Positions 17,801 through 24,519 of a stretch of DNA of 56,126 nt are shown here, piece by piece; position 1 is the stretch's first letter, and each line of letters starts with the position of its first letter. This DNA comes from a virus. Taxonomy: Duplodnaviria > Caudoviricetes. The translations under genes and the position numbers were made by a program. The notes beneath the pieces are model-generated. The model was given only the letters and a program-made list of their open reading frames with translations, had not been told where the DNA came from and did not search any database. The stretch covers positions 1 to 56,126 of IMG/VR virus record IMGVR_UViG_3300042988_000513. One strand, given 5' to 3'.

Positions 17801-20800
17801 TCTCCGGTCCCGATCTTCTGGAGGCTAAAACCCGTCTGCTCAATCCCGCGATGGGGAGAGCCGTGCCAGGCGGGCTGCTCGTAGATGTTGGGGGATGGCT
17901 GGAACAGCATGTGAGGGCGGCCGGGCCCTCGGGGGTCAACTTGGCCGACTTCTTCGTCGAGTCCAGACAGCTCGTGCGCTAGATAAGTCGCTCCCCGTCC
18001 CCCAGCGTCAAGCTCAGGATTCGGACGACCCTTCGCTGCTTCGGCGCGGAGCTGCTTTGCTCGCTCGCTGTCGGGGGCGTGGATTCGGGACTTGGCAGCG
18101 TAGTAGGCCTTTCCTCGGCCGGCTGCTTCCTCTCGCTGCTTGGCTGCTGGGAGTTCAACCCCATCGGCTTGGTGTTCGGCATCTGCTCCTCCGGCAAGTC
18201 CATAGGCATAGTGTAACCCTTCCTGCTCCAAAATGCTACTATCGTCCAACTCCATGACTTCGTGCGCGTTTCCGAGCAGGCTTCTGACTTCCTCAAAGAA
18301 TGCCTTTAGTTCCTGCTCGCTGTTTCCCTGCGCGCGAATCTCGTCACCACTAACGTGCGCCACGTCAAAGCGGTTGCCGCCTCTGCGAACCATGCTGCGG
18401 ACGACCTTGCGCACCATTTCATCTGTGATCTCGTGTCCAAACAGCACATCCATGGCCTTGACTGCGCGGATGTCTGCCGAGACAACGAAGTCCTTTGGAG
18501 CGCGGCGTCGAACCTCGTCCCAGCCGGCCTTGGTCAGCGCCCCGGTCTCCTTCTCAAAGTACGCCTCCTCGGCCGCCTTGCGAGCGTTGAACGTGCCGTG
18601 GCGCTCGACCAGCGGCACTTGTAGGGCTCGGCCCTTGGTTCCAAGTCTTGTCTTTGACGGCTGGACGTTGGCTGTTTCAGGGAGCCTGTCTTCGCGCTTG
18701 GGGAACTTGCCTTCGGATCGCTTGGTGTCCGTGTGGGCAGACAACGTGTCGCCGCCACGGTGCTTGGTTGCGGTCCAGTCCTCGCCCGCCTTGCGCTCCA
18801 TGACCGTGCCGACGAGCGGAATGTCCTTGAGGCCCTCGGGCAGCTTGGAGCGGAGTTGCTCAATGAGCGCATCCATCTCGGCCTGGTCACCGAAGGCAGG
18901 AAGCCACAAGTCCCCTCCGACCTTTCCGGCGTTCGGATCAATCTCGTGCAGCGCCTTGGCGATGTCCCTGAAGACGTCGTCTGCGAAGTCGTGCCCCTTT
19001 CCCTTAACGTCGTTCAGATCCTTTTTGTATCCGAAGCTAAGAACGCCGTAGTTCGGCCGCGCCTCGTCGGCGGGCATGTCCCTGATTCCGCGCTCGTGCA
19101 GTAGGTCTGTTGTGGCGTCCCGGTAATACAGGTTTCGCTTTCCCTCGTCGTCCATCTCGCGATAGGCCCGCTCCAGAATGCCGGACGCCTCGGTGCGATT
19201 AACTGGAGGCTGCTGCTGGGCCGCCTCGGCCTGCTGGGCGCCGTCCTGGTGCCGCTGGACCGTGACGACGTACTGACGCATCATGTCTTCTACTGGCACG
19301 CCGCTACGCTTCGCCATCGTGACGACTACCGAAGCCAGCTGCTCAACGCTGGCAGCGCTGTCCTCGACCTTCATGTGCTGCTTGCGAGTCTTGCCGTCCT
19401 TGCCGGTCTGCTCTCGCTCGTAGGACTTTAGCAGCTGCGACTGGACTACCTGCATGAACTCGCGCTCTGCGTCGGTAGCCTGCTCAGACTTGGCGCGCTC
19501 GACCAACGCCTTTGCCTCGGTCTGAATCGAGGCCTGCTTCTGCGCGGCCTGGGCCGGAGTGTCCATGAATGCATGGCCGATGACGTGCCCGCCGTTAACC
19601 AGAGCGTCGCCAAGCGGCTTCGTGGCAATCTTCGCGGCCCACTCGCCAACAGGGATCTCGAGCTTCGACCCGGTAACGATGGCGGCGTTGATTCTCTTGT
19701 ATCCGTCCGGCCCGAGCAGATCGGTGGCGGCCTGCTCGAGCGGCTGGCCGGCCTCTTGGAACAGCGTCAGCAACTGCTCGGCGTCGGCGTACATATGCGT
19801 TACTGGGGCGCCAGACTCGCCGGTGGCCTTCTCGACTACCTTGGCATAGCCAGCCGGGCTGGCCTTCGCGAGCTGCGTTTGCGTGCCCTTGTGGACTGCG
19901 GAGACTTGCTGCGCGGAGCTGGACTGCTGGGCGCGCTCGATGGACATACCGACAACATGGCTGCCATATCCGATTGGCCCAAGGCCTGCGGCGCCAATCC
20001 CGCCAGCGACAAAGGCTCCGCCCGCGTCACCAAGCATGGCTGCAACGTCAGGGCCGGACGTCTCGCCCATCTTGAGCTTTAGAGCGTAATCAATAACGTT
20101 CTGCAGCGTCTGCTGCTGGGCCTCCTCCTTGCCCTCCGCATACATGCCAGCCACAAGTCTGGAACTCCAACGCTTGCCAGCCTCCTTGAGCAGCGTCCTG
20201 AACTTGCCATCTGAGGCCAGCCAGCGCGCAACCTCCTTTTTCTCAAGCCCAACCAGCTTGTCGCCGATTGGCCCCAGCATCCTGAGTTCCGCCTCGTTGC
20301 CGCCAACCTCGATGGCGGAGGCGATTGCCGCATAGAAGATGGTCGCGCCAATCAGCGTAGGCTCGTCGAGTTCTCCGTCTGGCCCCTTGACCTTCTTGAA
20401 CTGTCGATAGGCGCTTCCGCCCTCCGCAACGAAAGAAGCCGTGTATCCAAGAGCCCTGCCTACAACCTTGGCAGCCTTTCTGCCAGCCATGGGCCCGAAC
20501 ATCCTACCAACGCCAAGTCCTGCGGCAGCGCCAAGGGCCTGCGCTCCAAGGCTTTCCGGGTTAGAGGCGAACGCCTGAACCGCATCAAGCCCAAGCTGCA
20601 TGGCCGGACCCTGGCCGTACCACGGAACGTCGCCAAGCTCTTGCTCCATAGCGACGAGCTTCTTTTCGTTCTCGAAAACATCCTGTCCACGGATCTTGCC
20701 AATCATTACCTTGAAAGCCGTAACGCTTGCATCGTGGTCCCTGCGATAATACTTGTATGCAGCAGGCAGAATCTTCAGGCGCTCGACGCCCTCAAGCTTC

Positions 20801-21573
20801 GCCTCGGGAGCCGTAACAGTCTGGATGATGTTTGGCTTCCTAGCCTCGGGAACAGACTCAAGGGTAGAGATGGCCTTATTGGCGCTCTCTTCGGAAGCGG
20901 CCTGCATCTTCTTGGCTTCGCCGGCCAACTTCTCGTCGCCGAACAGGGCGGCAGAGCCAGCCATCTTTCGGCCAACCTCGGCCTGAGACGACGCGGCAAA
21001 GCCAGACTCCATGGCGGATCCGAGCTTTCCGACTGCGTCAGCCGCGAAAGTGAGCCCCCGCTTGACGAAGCTACCAGGCTCAACCCGAGACGCAACTTCG
21101 CCAGTTCGCAGTTCTTCGGAAATATCCCTAAGCGCCGGATCCTTCAGAATCGGCCCGGCCAGGTGCTGATGCTCAAGTAGCGTCTCGACCAGGTCTGGAT
21201 AGTCACGCTCAAGCCTGTCCGTGTCGTACTCGGAGACCTCGGCGGCCTTGCTGAACTTGTCCAGGTTTGCGTCGATGACGTCCGGATGTAGGCCGGTCTT
21301 CTCGGCCATTCTGATGACGCGCTGTCCACGCTCTCCGATTCCGAATCGGTCGGCTTCGTACAGGGCCTTGATGCGATTGCTCCTAATGGACTTCTGCTCC
21401 CGGCGTTGCAGCGCATCAGCAATGTCCGGATCAACGGCGTCCTGCGGCTCTGTCTGCCCGGAGCTTCGCCTTGCTACTGCCTCAAGAATATCCGGATCGT
21501 TCTCAAGCGCAGAGGTGTCTTGCGCCGATTCCTGGTTGTTATCGGCGCCAGCGAGGTCGTTTTCCTGTGCCAT
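11803..21573 (-). CDS. Giant internal virion/ejection polyvalent protein (two GGDEF-like, ART-PolyVal-like, HExxH metallopeptidase-like, DdrB-like ParB domains)
   Basis: 3256 aa, third of three ejection genes; motifs LND..GH..AD/GGDLW, DI..VK..GH..TD/SGDEI, WHGSPH..IGTGEGAQAYGWGMYF, TFLHESGH, DLLPSH..VQEREY..GGNGR. Confidence 0.85.
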   Translation of the reverse strand: MAQENDLAGADNNQESAQDTSALENDPDILEAVARRSSGQTEPQDAVDPDIADALQRREQKSIRSNRIKALYEADRFGIGERGQRVIRMAEKTGLHPDVIDANLDKFSKAAEVSEYDTDRLERDYPDLVETLLEHQHLAGPILKDPALRDISEELRTGEVASRVEPGSFVKRGLTFAADAVGKLGSAMESGFAASSQAEVGRKMAGSAALFGDEKLAGEAKKMQAASEESANKAISTLESVPEARKPNIIQTVTAPEAKLEGVERLKILPAAYKYYRRDHDASVTAFKVMIGKIRGQDVFENEKKLVAMEQELGDVPWYGQGPAMQLGLDAVQAFASNPESLGAQALGAAAGLGVGRMFGPMAGRKAAKVVGRALGYTASFVAEGGSAYRQFKKVKGPDGELDEPTLIGATIFYAAIASAIEVGGNEAELRMLGPIGDKLVGLEKKEVARWLASDGKFRTLLKEAGKRWSSRLVAGMYAEGKEEAQQQTLQNVIDYALKLKMGETSGPDVAAMLGDAGGAFVAGGIGAAGLGPIGYGSHVVGMSIERAQQSSSAQQVSAVHKGTQTQLAKASPAGYAKVVEKATGESGAPVTHMYADAEQLLTLFQEAGQPLEQAATDLLGPDGYKRINAAIVTGSKLEIPVGEWAAKIATKPLGDALVNGGHVIGHAFMDTPAQAAQKQASIQTEAKALVERAKSEQATDAEREFMQVVQSQLLKSYEREQTGKDGKTRKQHMKVEDSAASVEQLASVVVTMAKRSGVPVEDMMRQYVVTVQRHQDGAQQAEAAQQQPPVNRTEASGILERAYREMDDEGKRNLYYRDATTDLLHERGIRDMPADEARPNYGVLSFGYKKDLNDVKGKGHDFADDVFRDIAKALHEIDPNAGKVGGDLWLPAFGDQAEMDALIEQLRSKLPEGLKDIPLVGTVMERKAGEDWTATKHRGGDTLSAHTDTKRSEGKFPKREDRLPETANVQPSKTRLGTKGRALQVPLVERHGTFNARKAAEEAYFEKETGALTKAGWDEVRRRAPKDFVVSADIRAVKAMDVLFGHEITDEMVRKVVRSMVRRGGNRFDVAHVSGDEIRAQGNSEQELKAFFEEVRSLLGNAHEVMELDDSSILEQEGLHYAYGLAGGADAEHQADGVELPAAKQREEAAGRGKAYYAAKSRIHAPDSERAKQLRAEAAKGRPNPELDAGGRGATYLAHELSGLDEEVGQVDPRGPGRPHMLFQPSPNIYEQPAWHGSPHRGIEQTGFSLQKIGTGEGAQAYGWGMYFAGDKAVGEFYRKTLANRAPVINDGERTYGPNHNYFTQELHTQLNSGASKGDALLEARLKADREYKRAKERYDKVANNPVSVTKVGSELDLADAEAMVRLWGNAKALADRTTVDQIQDAQGQLYSVDVPESDRLLDYDRPMAEQPPSVLKALREAGLAVRIDDESGREKIRLANGERVESEEATGAMVYRALSERWGNEQAASEALNKVGIPGLRYLDGNSRGSGEGNYNFVIWDENEIRDIKTYYEGKESDSRGYVQFVRKAGQLISNVFLKKNSDLSTFLHESGHIYLEMLGDLSERADAPQQIKDDYATILREFGVQSRAEVGTEQHEKFAKLFEAYLLEGKAPSLSLKGAFKRFSNWLKRIYGSLKDAGLNDEVRAVFDRMLATDEEIEAAKDEAGMRPMFRSPEEAGMQPGEWQAYLEAQEAAHSKAELAARLRELKAELREANENLRPHEASAVAEAAKEFDALPETRAAEYVKTGRVIGEDGSAIEAGKLDRQDVVESVGEEAAAAIEEKLRDAIAEKRLARRGKRGSRSTSVITPQNKSGEAATYKVIEAKDLLPSHSPTTFQPTKGYPAEVQEREYHRQPEEQAKVVSGAQALNPSLLLANTPSAVDGPPLVTSGKKHLVLGGNGRSMMMLRGFSNKEQLEAYRSALIDRASSFGMSAKEIARMDAPVLVRVIDGVSSDAPKSDLQAAVRRFNEGMTQALSPRAKAVAEARMLSSDSVQDLAGLLSDDSSLRDAMRDRPQDIAKILRRDGIVTDQNQAQWLAGGNLTDEAKDRIEGMFLGRVVGTGDRLAAAAPELLKKIERAVPHLIRVAGINGALDEIETVQQAMDLLADAKRRKLSLQDLLRQPGLFGEATVFGDDARTMASLLDGATQKKVSEAFKRWASVAAVDPRQATMFEKPATLEFAEDVLFDGVERMPPAPKDEPAKKGKAQSGAEIRPPSGLWRGPGEEGPSLDEMAGVLGFPDGKAMADALENHPDRDSYVAARSKAILEERLGPMLTDRDALAAEVSKGLHGDHTADWLIAEWRALERKARPGKPSVPLESIKRAARELANDAQAGAINVGRARQAERMAAKRAMEAAAKGDVERAVFAKQQQLLNFYLARELEDAKDDFDRVLKIAEDMAGDRWQSRMGKAAAARDENGKPTNAAKAAVAYRDAIETIFEALNLAEPQERDKQPHSIHEAVRAMEQNEGIVAKFDADALAMILYKPRDMRVLSVGEMRNALTALKQFQQAFRNAETTIVDGKKYEKDEIKARITNEIRAALPMRPTLSSSTPTEGRKPTLRKMAGDALEARTKLGFAAGNNWSESWLNRAIFKPLKEAQARENDLINGACKSILDAMDRMPDKVKRHLGDSIDGNKLFPTHRSGARSDGSADIKAPTKRFELLMMAANSGNSSNMDRLTKGRGITEAEVWNALLDGPYALTKEEWDWVQSIWDANEALKPLAFDVEERVSGIRPDEIEARQIVTRHGTYRGGYIPAVYDRRGNSSVAERQAVEYAADVLDQSYSTAHTSHSNTKSRAENFADVIALDPSVFQAHISQAAHDIAFREPLMSVSRLLLDSDLQREFKERLGTEWQRQFLPWLKDIGNDRNMEVMTHGAFTIARALRMAKAGLGLQIMAFNFKTFFGDTPGIVLNSFGLSKTDYAMAIKDVAGGWGYWGNFIDQKSGWMRSRKEGWSRELSDEINRAFAGMSFANNPYMTFQKKYGYVVAEAIEKAVLRPAWLAAYRIKLKELAGRTDLSVDDMDRIAVDFAEDKASRWVPPKYGYEKSALLRDKGAVGMIVFMGGFFNRAFQRNAELAHVVYLASTGHIKGKEAAKQVAKAVATGIAMAMIYGPLSEWLSGRGPEPEDGDDDWERYRNWFLRKTAMAPLLTVPIVGPIAESGLSPRKMSPRASPGVAAIYSFWEAVNESKNGDDQDRASKAWLRAAGSLGLGVQNVRMADYLMEGEFEVVDEPVEFIEGLLYGKRDNQPLNPLRPLSD

Positions 21574-23531
21574 TAGAAGCCCCTGCGTTTCATTTCAACG
21601 AAGAACTCTTTAGACAGCTTTCCGTCTTTATCCTTATACTCTGGATGCTCGTCTAGAATAGCATTTACTGCCGCCTCTTTCTCGGCCTTGCGCGCATTAT
21701 TCTTGGCCCCGGAAGACACCTTCTTGCGCAGGCTATTAAGCGCCTTGGCTGAGTCTTCCTTGCTCGGCGCCGGTTCGTCTCCAAGCTTCATGTCCCGAGG
21801 CATTGGCTCGGCGGAAGGCCTGTCCTCATTCGAAAGCCTGCTCTTCTGCTTTTCCTTCGCATACGGAACGAACTTGTCGCCCGGCTTGGTCTCAAACTTG
21901 TACTTAGCAGACCCGCCAAACCACTCGTCTCCGTTTTCGTCACCAAGGACAAGGCCTGACGCAACAGCTTCTCGAACCTCGTCGCGCGTAGGATTGCGCT
22001 TGTTCTTTGTCCTGAACGAGTCGTAATAGTCGCGTACCCATCCCTGGAAGGACTCAAGACGCTTCTTGTTGGCAGACCCCTTGACGGTAAATCCGAGTCT
22101 GCCGGCCTCTTCTTCGGCGATTGACTTCGTATCCGAGTAGCCAACCCGGCCGCCGCCGCTAACGTTGTTCTTGTCCTTCTGCTGTGCGGCCCTGATGCGC
22201 TGGGCCATCTTCGGAGATGCAGACGGGAACTCCTCTTCAACGTTGGCCTCGGAAGCCTCGGCCTCGTTTTTTGAAGACATCTCCTGATAGCGATACCAGG
22301 CCTCCTGGTCCTGCTCCTCCTGCCAGCGCCTATCCTCTGCCGAGCCGCGAATTCGCCTGTTGGCGCGCTCGTCTGCAGCCTGCGCCTTGCGCTCGATTGC
22401 CTCCCACCTGTCGGGGGCATGCTCGACGAGCCACGTTCTGGTCTCGGGAGGAATCGCACGAAGCCCGGCCGCGCCCCTGGTAGGGCTTCTAAGGTAGTCC
22501 GTCATGGCAGACTCATAAACGGCCTGCTGCTGCTTCGACCACTGACCCTCGGTTGCCGTGGCAATGCTACGAGCCAGGGTTCTAAGGCGCTCCTTCTCCT
22601 TCTCTGGCAACTTCAGCTGCTCGGCGGCATCAACGATTGCAGGACCGTCAACCTTGGCAATCAGATTCCCATTTGGTAGCCGAACGCCTTCGGAGTGCTT
22701 TCCGAGAAGCCCGGAGACGTGCTCCTCAACGCGCTGGCGGAATCCGATCTCGCGAACGACCTCGCCAAGCTGCTCGGCATCCTTGGGATCCAGGTCCTTC
22801 TTGTGGGCCTCAAAGAACGCCTGCACGCGGTCTGGCCTGGGCTCCTTCCCGTCGGGGGGACGAATCATGGCCCGGAGGGCCTCTCCGTATGCCTTGGCCT
22901 TCCACTCGGCCTCGACCAACGGCCTGGCCTCATAGGACAGTCCACGCCTCTCGTGAGACGCTCCAAGCTCGTTCTGAGCAAACTCTCCAATAGCGTCCTG
23001 GACGGCCGAGATATCATCGTTCGCACTGAGCCTAATCGAATCCAGAACGGATGCCTCGCGCGCCTTGAACTTCTGATCTTCAAGCGCACCAATCTGCTCG
23101 GACTGGTGTAGAACCATGGAGCGGTCAACGCGGTTGGCCTCGAGGCCAGCCCTTCGGTTGAACAGAGCACGCTGCCTATCGTTGCCAAGGCGCTGGGAGA
23201 TGGCCTGCTTGTGGCTCTCCATCGCCGTCAGCGTGTCGTCATAGTGCTTGAGAGCGTTCTCGCCCTGCAGGCTCTTATACGACGCGAGGGCCTGGTTGAG
23301 ACCGTTTCCGTACTCGGCAAGGGCTCCCTCTACGGCCGAGTTGTCGGCCCGGTCCTGGTGGGCCTGGTACTGCTGGAGGCCGTGGCTCAGGTTGCTGAGG
23401 CCAGCGCCGGCGTTCATGAGGCCTTTGGCGGCAGCCTCCCCGAACGCTCCGGCAGGGGCGTCAGCCGCGCCGGCCATGCGCGGCCCCTCTGAAACCTGCT
23501 GTGGGGCCTCGGGAACCGGAATCCTAGGCAT
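21573..23531 (-). CDS. Internal virion (ejection) protein, T7 gp15 position
   Basis: MPRIPVP N-terminus, helical Ala/Glu-rich, synteny. Confidence 0.65.
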   Translation of the reverse strand: MPRIPVPEAPQQVSEGPRMAGAADAPAGAFGEAAAKGLMNAGAGLSNLSHGLQQYQAHQDRADNSAVEGALAEYGNGLNQALASYKSLQGENALKHYDDTLTAMESHKQAISQRLGNDRQRALFNRRAGLEANRVDRSMVLHQSEQIGALEDQKFKAREASVLDSIRLSANDDISAVQDAIGEFAQNELGASHERRGLSYEARPLVEAEWKAKAYGEALRAMIRPPDGKEPRPDRVQAFFEAHKKDLDPKDAEQLGEVVREIGFRQRVEEHVSGLLGKHSEGVRLPNGNLIAKVDGPAIVDAAEQLKLPEKEKERLRTLARSIATATEGQWSKQQQAVYESAMTDYLRSPTRGAAGLRAIPPETRTWLVEHAPDRWEAIERKAQAADERANRRIRGSAEDRRWQEEQDQEAWYRYQEMSSKNEAEASEANVEEEFPSASPKMAQRIRAAQQKDKNNVSGGGRVGYSDTKSIAEEEAGRLGFTVKGSANKKRLESFQGWVRDYYDSFRTKNKRNPTRDEVREAVASGLVLGDENGDEWFGGSAKYKFETKPGDKFVPYAKEKQKSRLSNEDRPSAEPMPRDMKLGDEPAPSKEDSAKALNSLRKKVSSGAKNNARKAEKEAAVNAILDEHPEYKDKDGKLSKEFFVEMKRRGF

Positions 23532-23533
23532 GG

Positions 23534-24055
23534 CTACTCCTTCTTAGACTGCATGGCGCCGATCTGGCCGATGATGTCTCCGCCAGTATTGGCGCTTGCC
23601 CCAAAGATGTTGGCGATTCCGCCGACCCACAGGGCCTCTCGACCGGCCTCCAGCATCTGCTTGCGCTGAAGAGCCTGGGTGCGCTGCGAGCGATACCCCA
23701 GGGCCTCGCGGTAGGCGTTGTTCTTGATGACTGCCGCGTCGTACTCGCCAAGGGCCCGCGTCTGGGCAATCGCAGCAGCGGCCGAGCCAGAGTTTGCAAC
23801 CACTCCAGACGCACCGTAGGCGGTCTTCTGCTGGCCTACCAGCGAGCCGTACTTTTGCTGCGACTGAAACTCCTGCTGGCGGCCCTTCTGGAGCGCGACC
23901 TTGGCGGCAATGCTGGCAATGTCCGCATTGTGCTGGGCCTGGTTCTGCTCGTAGTCGTTATTCTTCAGGGACGCTTCGCCCTGTGCTCGCGTGCCAACGG
24001 CATTTGAAATGCCACCGACGGCGGAAGTAATGATTGAACCAATGGCCGAGCCCAT
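23534..24055 (-). CDS. Internal virion (ejection) protein, T7 gp14-like
   Basis: Gly/Ala-rich hydrophobic ends, GQQKTAYGASGV..SGS motif. Confidence 0.75.
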   Translation of the reverse strand: MGSAIGSIITSAVGGISNAVGTRAQGEASLKNNDYEQNQAQHNADIASIAAKVALQKGRQQEFQSQQKYGSLVGQQKTAYGASGVVANSGSAAAAIAQTRALGEYDAAVIKNNAYREALGYRSQRTQALQRKQMLEAGREALWVGGIANIFGASANTGGDIIGQIGAMQSKKE

Positions 24056-24057
24056 GA

Positions 24058-24519
24058 CTACCTCTCAATCTCGATCTTGCAGAACAGCATATTTAGAGGC
24101 CCGAACTCAGAAGGCGGGTGGACACGAAATCCGAGCCTGGCGGCCCACTTGAGGCTAACCTCGTAGCGGACATCTACCCAGTTAATCAGGCGGCCCCAGC
24201 TATACAGGAAGCGGCCCAGCTCGCTGTAGCACAGCTCTAGAAACTCGTACTTATTGGCGCGAATAAGCGGAGTCCCAAGAAGCCACGGAATACCGAGCAA
24301 GCGCCCGTCCAGAGACTGGATGCCCCACATCATTGCCGGCTCGCCGTCCACGGTCCAACACAGGGCCGGCTCCCCGTCGCTCATGGAGATGGAGACCTGG
24401 AGGGCCTCTAGCGGACGCTGGCCAATCGCGTGGACCTCGGCTACGTCCTCGGCGCGCATGTTCGGCGCCATGCGTTCGGCAAGCTCCATCGTAGCAGGAA
24501 TGATATCGTAGGCTGGCAT
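24058..24519 (-). CDS. T7 gp13-like (GNAT-fold) virion assembly protein
   Basis: Start MPAYDII overlaps nozzle stop (TAATG); MR.ED..EV, PWLLGT, LINWVD..SLKW..LGF. Confidence 0.75.
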   Translation of the reverse strand: MPAYDIIPATMELAERMAPNMRAEDVAEVHAIGQRPLEALQVSISMSDGEPALCWTVDGEPAMMWGIQSLDGRLLGIPWLLGTPLIRANKYEFLELCYSELGRFLYSWGRLINWVDVRYEVSLKWAARLGFRVHPPSEFGPLNMLFCKIEIER

